This document shows, in pieces, positions 29,320 to 38,700 of a stretch of DNA of 64,000 bases (within the stretch, counting starts at the first letter, position 1; every line of letters starts with the position of its first letter). The notes beneath the pieces are model-generated. The model saw only the letters and a list, made by a program, of their open reading frames with translations. It ran no database searches and was not told where the DNA came from. The stretch is from a virus. Lineage: Duplodnaviria > Caudoviricetes. The position numbers and the translations under genes were made by a program. Location: IMG/VR virus record IMGVR_UViG_3300042477_000769. The stretch is one strand, 5' to 3'.

Positions 29320-30051
29320 ATGGCTACCCAATTAACTCCATCACAATTAGATAAAATACAAGAGCTCTACCATCAAGGTTTGGGCTCTCGTAAAATTGCC
29401 CTAATAATTGGAGTTAACAGAAGTACTATTCAAAGAAGTTATCAACAACTTCAGTTAAATAGTGCGGCTAAAAAATTACCTCGATTAGCTTCTCAATATA
29501 CGGAAAAATATTGCAAAATTTGTGGCGATCTTAAAAAGATAGAGTTTTTTAGAAAACGATGCAATCAGAAAACACAACGAATTTCTTTTGAAAGCTATTG
29601 TAAAGAGTGCGAATATAGAAGAAATAACGAGAGATTAAAAAGAGCAGCTAAAATATTAAGACAGACTAATCCTAATTTTGTTATTAGAAAAAGTCTGTCT
29701 TATTTTATTTGGAAATCATTGGCCAAATCTAATTCCAGCAAACAAGATCAGAGTTGCTTGCAATTTCTTCCATATGCCATAGAGAAACTTAGATTACATT
29801 TAGAGTCACAGTTTGAACCCTGGATGAACTGGGATAATCATGGCAGTTATCGTAAACATACCTGGAACGATGATGATAGTAGTACTTGGAGTTGGCAAAT
29901 AGATCATATTATTCCACAATCAGATTTGCCGTATACTAGTATGGCAGAAGAAAATTTTCACAAAAGTTGGGCGTTAAATAATTTGAGACCTTTGTCAGCT
30001 AAGCAAAATTTATTAGATGGAGCCAGGAAAATAAGGCATAAAATTATATAA
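29320..30051 (+). CDS. HNH endonuclease (homing-like) with an N-terminal HTH and zinc finger
   Basis: LYHQGLGSRKIALIIGVNRSTI (HTH); CKIC...CKEC; FEPWMNWDNHG...WQIDHIIPQS. Confidence 0.85.
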   Translation: MATQLTPSQLDKIQELYHQGLGSRKIALIIGVNRSTIQRSYQQLQLNSAAKKLPRLASQYTEKYCKICGDLKKIEFFRKRCNQKTQRISFESYCKECEYRRNNERLKRAAKILRQTNPNFVIRKSLSYFIWKSLAKSNSSKQDQSCLQFLPYAIEKLRLHLESQFEPWMNWDNHGSYRKHTWNDDDSSTWSWQIDHIIPQSDLPYTSMAEENFHKSWALNNLRPLSAKQNLLDGARKIRHKII

Positions 30052-30081
30052 GATAAACACTATATTGTTTAGGAGTTTACG

Positions 30082-30768
30082 ATGGCTAATGCCGCTAATA
30101 CAGGATCTACACTTACTGTGGCTGGTAGCAATGTTAATAAAACTAGCACTGCTATTTCCACTAATATTATTATTTTAGTTAATAATCAGGCCGTAGGTGC
30201 GGTACAACAAATGCAAATTAATGAGCAGAGAAATATTACAATGATCGATGAAGTCGGCACAGATGGCCATATTGATTCTGTTCCTACTAGCTCTACTAAT
30301 ATCAGTGGGAGTTGTACAAGAATTAGATTTGATCGTTTAAGAATTACTGAAGCTTTTAGTCGAGGATTTATCCATGTAGCTTCTCAAGTGTATCCTTTTG
30401 ATATTGTTATTTTAGATAAACAAAAACGAGATCAAGGAAGTCAAATTTCTACTATTATTAAAAATGTATGGATTGAAAGTCTAGGTTATACTTATGATGC
30501 TGGTAATTGGGTAATTTCTGAAAATATGGGATGGAAAGCTGAGACTATCTTTAGCGTGTTGAACAATGGTAGTTCGCAACCAGTGGCTGTGGGCGGAGAG
30601 CTTGGAATTAAGCATATGGGTGCGGGACCGAATGGTATTGTGAACATTACGAGCGGAGATGGTATTACCAACATCGAGCAATTAGTCGACACCGGCGCAA
30701 GTGGTCGTCGTGGCTCTCTCGATGCCGCCGGCTTAATTGACATTGGTTCTTCTGGAGACCTCTTCTAA
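30082..30768 (+). CDS. Tail tube protein
   Basis: VGAVQQMQINEQRNI..IDEVG.DG and ISGSCTRIRF; follows the sheath. Confidence 0.85.
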   Translation: MANAANTGSTLTVAGSNVNKTSTAISTNIIILVNNQAVGAVQQMQINEQRNITMIDEVGTDGHIDSVPTSSTNISGSCTRIRFDRLRITEAFSRGFIHVASQVYPFDIVILDKQKRDQGSQISTIIKNVWIESLGYTYDAGNWVISENMGWKAETIFSVLNNGSSQPVAVGGELGIKHMGAGPNGIVNITSGDGITNIEQLVDTGASGRRGSLDAAGLIDIGSSGDLF

Positions 30769-30783
30769 TGATATAGTAGTGGA

Positions 30784-31668
30784 GTGAAGACCAAGTTTTT
30801 TGAACAAGCTCCACTGAGACACCAAAATAAATATAATTACTCGCAAGTCAATTATGTCGATCATAAAACTAAAGTAATTATTATTTGCACTCAACATGGG
30901 GAGTTTTCACAGACTCCCCATGCGCATTTAAAGGGGCAAGGATGTCCAGTTTGTGGTCGATTAAAAACTAGACAAGCTAAAAAATTAACCACTGCACATT
31001 TTATTACCCGAGCTCAACAAAAGCATGGAAATAAATACTCTTATTTGAAAAGTAATTATCAAGGCCAAGATCAATTAATCGAAATTATTTGTGCTACTCA
31101 TGGAAGCTTTTTCCAGCGAGCAGCGGATCATTGGAGTGGGCACGGTTGCAATCAATGTGCCATGCAACAACGACATCAACAATTATCTTTAACTACTGAA
31201 CAATTTATTAACAAATGTAAAATAATACATGGAGATAAATACAATTATCATTTAGTTAATTATTTAAAACAAGACGAAATGGTGGAAATAGTTTGTCCGT
31301 ATCATGGTAATTTCTGGCAACGAGCAGTTTATCATCTACAGGGTTGTGATTGCCCTAAGTGTGCGTTAAATGGCATTTCTGAAGGAGAAACTATCTGGTT
31401 AAACGGTTTAGATATTAAGGAGCGTCAAGTTACTTTAGTGATTGACAATAAAAAAATTAAAGTAGATGGTTACGATAGAGATAATAATACAATTTATGAA
31501 TATTATGGAAATTATTGGCATGGTAATCCTCAAGTTTTTGAGCCAGAAGATATGAATAAATCAGTCGGATTAACTTTTGGGGAATTATATCAAAAAACAT
31601 TAGATCGGGAACGATTAATAAAAAAGGCGGGATTTAATTTAATAATAAAATGGGAAACGGATATATAG
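30784..31668 (+). CDS. DUF723-repeat endonuclease with a C-terminal PD-(D/E)xK/Vsr-like domain (homing-like)
   Basis: Three repeats of H.NKY.Y....Y......V.IIC..HG.F.Q....H..G..C..C; KVDGY...IYEYYGNYWHG. Confidence 0.8.
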   Translation: MKTKFFEQAPLRHQNKYNYSQVNYVDHKTKVIIICTQHGEFSQTPHAHLKGQGCPVCGRLKTRQAKKLTTAHFITRAQQKHGNKYSYLKSNYQGQDQLIEIICATHGSFFQRAADHWSGHGCNQCAMQQRHQQLSLTTEQFINKCKIIHGDKYNYHLVNYLKQDEMVEIVCPYHGNFWQRAVYHLQGCDCPKCALNGISEGETIWLNGLDIKERQVTLVIDNKKIKVDGYDRDNNTIYEYYGNYWHGNPQVFEPEDMNKSVGLTFGELYQKTLDRERLIKKAGFNLIIKWETDI

Positions 31669-31684
31669 ATAATTAGGAGAAATT

Positions 31685-32359
31685 ATGCCCAAATATGATA
31701 GCCCATTAGGTTCTAAAAATATTAATGCCCCCTCGTTAAGAGAGTTTGATGTGTCGGATGAGAGTGAGATGCAGCCCATTATGAGGAACCAAGGGCCTGG
31801 ATTACATGGATCTCAGCCGCCAATTAATTTAAATGCGGCTTATGAATTTCAACAGAAATTAAATCGTCAGCCAACCTCTTTTCAAGATGACATGCAATTA
31901 GAGAGAGAGATTAAAGAGGCCAAAGTAGCGAAAATAACTGGCAAAGAACGATTAAATGAAGGGGCCAGACGTCGAATTGAGATGTTAGTCGGCATGACAC
32001 GCTCTACTCGGGAAGTAGATTTAGAGGGCAATAAATTCTTATTGCAAACTTTACGATCTCGGGAGATGAGAGAAGCAATTATGGCGGCTTCTGAATATGA
32101 CAATACGGTACAATCACCTTTTGAGGTGAGACGGCAGTTATTGGCTCGTTCTTTGGTGCAAGTTGCTGGAATTGAGGTGGGACAATTTTTAGGAACGGAT
32201 GCCTTGGAAGCGAGGTTAGCCTTAGTAGATGATTTAGATGAAGCTCCATTAAATAGATTATATTCAGAATATTTATCTTTAGTTCAAGATTCTCGAGAAA
32301 AGTTTGCTATCAAGACTCCGGAAGAAGCTAAGGAAGTGGTAGAAGACTTAAAAAAATAA
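31685..32359 (+). CDS. Tail assembly chaperone (lambda gpG analog)
   Basis: Lies between tube and tape measure; ends at the slippery site L-K-K-stop. Confidence 0.8.
   Translation: MPKYDSPLGSKNINAPSLREFDVSDESEMQPIMRNQGPGLHGSQPPINLNAAYEFQQKLNRQPTSFQDDMQLEREIKEAKVAKITGKERLNEGARRRIEMLVGMTRSTREVDLEGNKFLLQTLRSREMREAIMAASEYDNTVQSPFEVRRQLLARSLVQVAGIEVGQFLGTDALEARLALVDDLDEAPLNRLYSEYLSLVQDSREKFAIKTPEEAKEVVEDLKK
32350..32356 (+). other. Programmed -1 frameshift site A_AAA_AAA
   Basis: TTA AAA AAA TAA; the -1 frame is open from 32356 through ATG 32440 to 32709. Confidence 0.8.
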
Positions 32360-32709
32360 TAAATGAACCGGAACATAGATTTCATTGGTATTTATGTAAG
32401 TTATACCAAACTGAGGTCGATGATCCTAAAATTTTAAATATGGATCCGGTTCAAAAAATATGGATGTATAATAATTGGATAGCTGATCAAAATGAGCAGG
32501 CCGAACTTGCTAAAAATCACGCATATCTAGTAGCATCCTTTTGGAATCCTGAAGCGGTGCAAAAGATCGTGGGTCAAGACAATGTTCATAAATCCACGGA
32601 TGAAGAATATGAAGAATCTTTACGAATTGTGCAAGACCAAAGCTTTAAATTAATGGAAGAGACTGTGCCCAAACGTAAACGACGCAAACGAGGCACTTTA
32701 CAATCATAA
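32356..32709 (+). CDS. Frameshift extension of the chaperone (gpGT analog, fusion about 341 aa)
   Basis: Reads IINEPEHRFHWYLCKLYQTEVDDPKILN then MDPVQKIWMY...; no SD before ATG 32440. Confidence 0.75.
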   Translation: MINEPEHRFHWYLCKLYQTEVDDPKILNMDPVQKIWMYNNWIADQNEQAELAKNHAYLVASFWNPEAVQKIVGQDNVHKSTDEEYEESLRIVQDQSFKLMEETVPKRKRRKRGTLQS

Positions 32710-32718
32710 GGGTAACAG

Positions 32719-34884
32719 ATGGCAGATGATGATATTACAGGCTCCGGTCAAGCGGCTCAAAATACTGCTAATGCATTAGAGGCTTTGGCAAATGGTGCTA
32801 ATAATTCTGGAGAACGCTTAAATGGATTAGGGGCCATCGCTGCCGGCGCTAAAGACATATTTTCAAATTTTAGCAAAACACTTGAATCATATAATATGTC
32901 TTTAAAAGACTCTGGAGCTTTCACTAATCAGCAAAGTGTGGCTTTTGCTGCGCTAGCTACTACCGCTTTAGAGACTAGAAAAGCATTTGACAATTTAACT
33001 GGAGTAGATTATAGTAATATTTCTGGTTTTACGGAACAATTTTCTACCTTAAAAAAAATTATTGGTGATTCTCCAGTTTATAATACTACAGAAAAACAAA
33101 TGTCAGCTATTTCTAAATCTTTAGTTAGTTTAGGGGTGCCGATGGATAAAATCCAAGAAGCCGCTAAAGGAGGTTTAAGTGGTTTAATAGCATATGGTGC
33201 TGGTTTTTTACAAAGCGCGGATAATGCCTTAAGATTACAATCTGCGATAATTCAATTAGCTGGTAAAACCGGATCCTTAAATGAAATTTTTAATGTCGCG
33301 GGAGAAGATTTAGGAAATGTTAATTCTTTATTAGCTCAGCAAAATAAGATTATTGGAGACAGCATTAGTGCCACTGGATTAAATGAACAAAAAATAGAAT
33401 CTTATTATGCTATGTTAGGAGGAGTTCGGGGAGCTTTAAATGAGAATGTGAAAGCTACCGAACAATCCGAAAAAAATACCAATATGTTGACGGCGAGTAT
33501 TAAATTAGCGATGGGTACTGGTCAAAGATATGAAGAGGTAATTTCAGATTTACGTGTCGCTTTTAGAGAATATGGCATTGTGGGAGAAAACGCTTTAAAA
33601 TTAAATGCTCGCTTTAGTGAGTTAAGTAATAAATTCGGGATTGAATTAGATGATGTGCGTAGTGGTTTAATGGGGGCAGCTGGTGCTTTTAAAATCTTTG
33701 CTGATGCAGGTGATGCCGCTAGTAAAATGTCAGAAAATCTAGCTGGTATTATGAATGATTATGTCCAAAGCTTGAAAGGAACTGGCATGTCTGGTTTACA
33801 GGCGGTTAAAGTAGTTCAAGATATGACTAGTTCAGTCGCTGGATTAAACGTAGCTCAAAAAGCTTTCTTATCTGCCCAAACAGGTGGACCGGGCGGATTA
33901 ATGGGGGCTTTTCAAATTGAGAAAATGCTAAAAAGCGGCGATATTGAAGGAGTGTTCAACAAGGTTCAACAAACTATGCAAAAACAATTTGGAAAAATTG
34001 TTACTTTAGATGAGGCTAGTACCAGTCAAGCGGCAGCTTCTCAATTGCAAAAACAAATGTTATTATTACAAAAAGGGCCTTTAGGCGGAATGGTTAAGAG
34101 CGACCAAGATGCGTATCGATTATTAGAAGCGATGCGAAATAAGCAAGAAGGTCGTATTACGTCGGATCAGGCAGCATCTCCATTACGAGACGATATTGTT
34201 CAACAATCTATGGATCGTGGTACTGCTATTCAAGAAAAATCATATACTACATTAACAGAAGCTAATGTTAATTTACAAGCTATTAGAAGAGCAGCGGATG
34301 TCTTAGCGCTAGATACGATACAAAAAGGAATGACTGCGGGTACGGGAAGCGCTAACTTTTTAGGAACAGATACTAATCCTCAACAAATGATGAGAGCTGG
34401 CCTCAAAGAGTTTATGTCTAACGTATCACAACAAGGCGGAGAAGCTAATAGAGATTATAAAGCTCAACTGGCAGGTGAGATGCCAATAAAGGAAGAAGCT
34501 GCTGGAGCAGCGGCGGCAACTAGTATAAATAATATGGATGGGTTTACGGATCAAATTGTCAATACCTTTGATTCTATGAAAGATTTATTTGGGCAACTAT
34601 TTGATCAAAAAACAGAAAATCCCACTGTTGCTTATAATAACTTAGCAATGACTACGCAACAAGCTATTGAAGCTCAACCCACTCGTACTTCGGGACAAAT
34701 GGTAAGAGAAGCTCCTAGAATGGTTCCCTCACCAACGACAGCCGGTCCGGCTACTACCCAGACTATGGTTCCGGATGTTAGGGTTAATAAATCAGGAGAT
34801 ATGGGTAGAGTTACCGTACAAGTAGATGTCAAGGTCATAGAAGATGGTAATCAATCAATAGCAATAACTCCAGCAGCTCGATAA
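32719..34884 (+). CDS. Tape measure protein
   Basis: Ala/Gly/Gln-rich helical 721-aa protein directly after the chaperone pair. Confidence 0.8.
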   Translation: MADDDITGSGQAAQNTANALEALANGANNSGERLNGLGAIAAGAKDIFSNFSKTLESYNMSLKDSGAFTNQQSVAFAALATTALETRKAFDNLTGVDYSNISGFTEQFSTLKKIIGDSPVYNTTEKQMSAISKSLVSLGVPMDKIQEAAKGGLSGLIAYGAGFLQSADNALRLQSAIIQLAGKTGSLNEIFNVAGEDLGNVNSLLAQQNKIIGDSISATGLNEQKIESYYAMLGGVRGALNENVKATEQSEKNTNMLTASIKLAMGTGQRYEEVISDLRVAFREYGIVGENALKLNARFSELSNKFGIELDDVRSGLMGAAGAFKIFADAGDAASKMSENLAGIMNDYVQSLKGTGMSGLQAVKVVQDMTSSVAGLNVAQKAFLSAQTGGPGGLMGAFQIEKMLKSGDIEGVFNKVQQTMQKQFGKIVTLDEASTSQAAASQLQKQMLLLQKGPLGGMVKSDQDAYRLLEAMRNKQEGRITSDQAASPLRDDIVQQSMDRGTAIQEKSYTTLTEANVNLQAIRRAADVLALDTIQKGMTAGTGSANFLGTDTNPQQMMRAGLKEFMSNVSQQGGEANRDYKAQLAGEMPIKEEAAGAAAATSINNMDGFTDQIVNTFDSMKDLFGQLFDQKTENPTVAYNNLAMTTQQAIEAQPTRTSGQMVREAPRMVPSPTTAGPATTQTMVPDVRVNKSGDMGRVTVQVDVKVIEDGNQSIAITPAAR

Positions 34885-34910
34885 TTCCAACAACTAATGA
34901 GAGATAATTT

Positions 34911-35765
34911 ATGGTAAATGAAATTTTAAATGCAGCTAATGCGGCGCAAGACTTTCTAAATCAAAATAACCCTTTAACTAATCAGCAGCAAAATAGTTTT
35001 AGGTCAGATGGTTTTTTATTGCCTGCTACTTATTCGGCTGACGGTAATGGTTTACCATATAATAATGTTCCAAGTAATAAACAAGGAAAAATTAATAGAA
35101 ATATTATTACTTGGTTTATTCCACAATTTGGAATTGTTAGAATGTTTATTAATCCCAATAATATTGTCTATACTCATAGAAAATTAATTGGTAAAGAACC
35201 AACTAAAGGCGGATTTACTTTACAATATTGGGGAGAAGATTTAACAACTCTTAACATTAGAGGAACGACTGGTAGTTCGGGCATTGAAGGAATCAATGTC
35301 TTATATGAAATGTATCGAGCAGAACAATATGCTTTTGATTCGGTTGGTTTAACTTTAGCAGCTAATAATTTTAATAATGATTTAAGTAATAATCTTATTA
35401 ATGGAGCTAGTAGTTTATTTGGTGGTAGCGAAACTACACAAGCCGGCACTGCGGGTATATTAGGAGGTGTCTTAGGATTAAATTCACCCAATAATTCTTT
35501 GGCTCCTAGAAATATTCCTTCTCTAGCGCAATTAGCTTTTGGAGTTGAGATGTATTATAATGGTTGGGTATTTCGAGGTTATTTTGAAAATATTAATATT
35601 ACTGAAAGTGCAGAAAATTTCCTCATGAATTATGATATAACTTTTATAGCGACTCAAAAACGCGGATATCGAACCAATTATTTCCCCTGGGCCAGAAGCG
35701 CCAAAGATGGACCCTCAAATTATACTACATCTAATAGTTTTAGTGGAAATGTGATTGGAGAATAA
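34911..35765 (+). CDS. Tail tube initiator / baseplate inner protein
   Basis: MFINPNNI...GGFTLQYWGEDL..LNIRGTTG and FRGYFENINITE; follows the tape measure gene. Confidence 0.65.
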   Translation: MVNEILNAANAAQDFLNQNNPLTNQQQNSFRSDGFLLPATYSADGNGLPYNNVPSNKQGKINRNIITWFIPQFGIVRMFINPNNIVYTHRKLIGKEPTKGGFTLQYWGEDLTTLNIRGTTGSSGIEGINVLYEMYRAEQYAFDSVGLTLAANNFNNDLSNNLINGASSLFGGSETTQAGTAGILGGVLGLNSPNNSLAPRNIPSLAQLAFGVEMYYNGWVFRGYFENINITESAENFLMNYDITFIATQKRGYRTNYFPWARSAKDGPSNYTTSNSFSGNVIGE

Positions 35766-35773
35766 AGATAATT

Positions 35774-38700
35774 ATGAGTTTTTTAGGAGAATTAGCCAAT
35801 CAGATATCATCTCAATTTTCATTAGGAGAAAATACTAATACTACGTTAGATTCTATTGATTTACAAACTGGTAAGACTATTCCATATGGATCTTTGGGTG
35901 AATTTGCTAAGAATTTTGATCAATCCGCAGAACGAAGATATGTAGAAGAGGGCTATTTAAGAAAAGATCCGTATAATGTAGATCCTAAAAAATTTGAAGT
36001 GTTATTACAGGAGCCGAGTGCGACGGTCTTAATTAAAAAGAAGATGTTCTCGTCTGTGGGTGAGAATTTTCGTCCTGATTATATGGACCAAGAGGAAAAA
36101 GTATATTATCGGGCGATGCGATTTTTGTTTCAAAACAAATGTCGCCAGATTGCCAATTTAGAAAAACTGTCTAAAATACAAAAGATAACTTCTGCAATGG
36201 GCAGTTTACCAGACCAATTAATGCCTATTATTTTTACTTTATCTGATGAATTAAGCGACGGATTATCCGGAGGGAATTCGGCTATTAGTGGAAATAGTGT
36301 GTTAACACAAGAAGCTGGTTCCGTGAGTGATACTCTGAATCGATTACGTAGAATTTATGCCTTTAATACCACTAGCAAAATGACTAGTTGGATTACTGAT
36401 GCTACTAATTTGTATCAATCACAATTAGGACAGGGTACTGGAGTTATTGAAATAACTAATTTTACTAATTTAACCACCAATGTTACTACTAGTTTAAATA
36501 GTCCAGGTAGTTTCACTTTATCAATTAGTGACCCTTATGAATCTATGTTGATTACAGAGTATGATATTGAGCGAGCTATTAGTGATGCTACTAATATGTT
36601 TTATAATAGCCGATTAACTGAATTTTCTAGTGAAAGTGCTGGAACTTTAATCAATGATTTGTTGGCAAAAATTAATTATATCAGATCAGAACGCAAAGCC
36701 TCACCAATTAGTATTAAAGTCAATCCAGATACCTTATTAGGTAAAAGGGTAGTTGTTATTTTAGATAGACGTGGAATTGAATTGCCTTTTACTTATGATA
36801 GTACTAGTGCTCAATCTATTTTTTCTGGTGGTGCCTTAGGAGGCGGAGTGACAGTAGCCTCTCAATATTTAAGGGGAGGTATTATTGCCGGAGAAGATGG
36901 ACTAGATACTCAGCCTCAAACTTTTAATAATTTTCCCTTTTCCTCAGTTAATCCGGGAACACATAATGGAATTGATTCAGAATTTTCTATTTTTAATAGA
37001 TTAATTTCTACCATTTTTAGTAAAATTAGTTTAGAAGCTAATTCTAAAGGGGCATTTCAAACTCAAAATAAAGAAACGAATTATGCTAGAAGAAAAATGA
37101 GATTTAATTTTTCTGGTAAATTATTAATTCAGCCGATGGATACGATCCATATCTATATTAATTCTAAAAGTAGATATGATAATAAGTTATTATCTGGATT
37201 GCCCAATATGTTTAATGGTTTGGGCATGTTACAAAATCTGAACAACACTTTAACTAATTTACAAAATGCCGTGGGAGCATTAGATCCCGCTGGAAATATT
37301 GGGTTACAAATAGAAAAATCAGTCTATGTCGGACAAGAATTTCCTAATTTTTTGTGGAATTTAATTCGGGGACAGTTCATTTCTGAAAATGAAGGCACTC
37401 ATGTCTTTGCAGGCGTGGTGCAAGGAGCTAAATCTAACTGGTCTAACGGACGATTTCAGGTAGATATTAATGGGGGAGACAATACCGTTTATTTTGATCA
37501 AGGAAAAGTTAACTTTAACCCTGGAGCTGATGCATTTAATGGAGCCATGTTTGATCCTTTAACTCCATTTAAAAGCAATTTTGACAGCATTAATAGTAAT
37601 GCTAGTGATGCTATTCCAGAATTATTAGAAGACAATAAAGTATTATTAGGCACTCGTCAAAATCAAAATGGTGGAAGCAGTGGAGCAGCTTTAGTTAAAA
37701 ATAAATTAGGAAGATTTGCGGGAGAATTAGTTAACGAACAAAATATTATTCAAGATCGTAATTTTGATCCTATTACTGGGCGAATTACTAAAGTGTTTTA
37801 TGCTCCCGATGGATTAGTATATAAATGGAAAGAAGGCATTGGCGTTTTCGTTCAATTTGGCAGCAATTTATCGTTAAATAATCCGGCTTTAGTTGGCAAT
37901 CCCAATACAGCTAAAGAGCCGTTTGCTGGCCAAAATGTCATGAATGTGTTATCATTATTAATTACTGGAGTTCCATATAATTTTGCTACTTATTTTAAAG
38001 CGGCCGTAGAATTTGATAGTATTACGGCGGATCCTCAAAGTAAACAAAATGCAGTTAATTCGTTTTTGCAAGGACTGAGAACTGATTTAACTAAAAGTAA
38101 TACTTTATGGGGAAATTTTATTCCTTTTAAAAACCTTAAGGTTGATGAGCCGTCTTTTGTTCAAGCTATCAATAAAACTGCGACAGTAGTTCAAAAAAAT
38201 CAAGTTTTAGATAATCAAATTAGAAAATTACAAGATTTCCAACAGGAAAGAATGATTAATGGAGCGGCGACTTTAGTTAGCGCTTATACTACTAAAAATG
38301 AGAAAGTTGCCTCTGAATTAGACAATAGAATTCAATTATTACAACAAGACATACAAACTACTATTAATGATATTGCTAGTGCGGATGCTTCTTTTATTCA
38401 AGAAGTAGGAGACGATATTTCCTTTGATTCCAATCAATTTATTGATTCAGGTCAAGATAAAAAAACTGCCGGTGAAACTCGTCGTTTCTTACGTCGACAG
38501 TTAAATCATTTAACTCGACGGATGTCGTATAATGTCAGAGCTAATGAAGATAAAAATCTATTTATTGTGGATGATTTTTATGATAAAGATTTTGATATTT
38601 TAGCTTATGAAAAGGCTTTATCCGATGGAATTAAACTATATAATAGTGAATTCACTTCAGTGCGTCAAAAGATTAACCATGTAGCTCAATTATTAGATTT

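Noticed and set aside
29311-29331. RBS-occluding hairpin (GGTAG/CTACC) at the start of HNH 29320
   Set aside because: Only 5 bp, and not shared by the other nuclease genes.
31465-31473. DGY in the DUF723 nuclease as part of the virion sequon set
   Set aside because: It is the catalytic KVDGY motif of a non-structural protein and was excluded from the count.
8973-31668. Group I introns or inteins carrying the nucleases
   Set aside because: Flanking genes end in their own stops within about 25 nt of, or overlapping, the nuclease ORFs; no split exons and no intein termini were seen.
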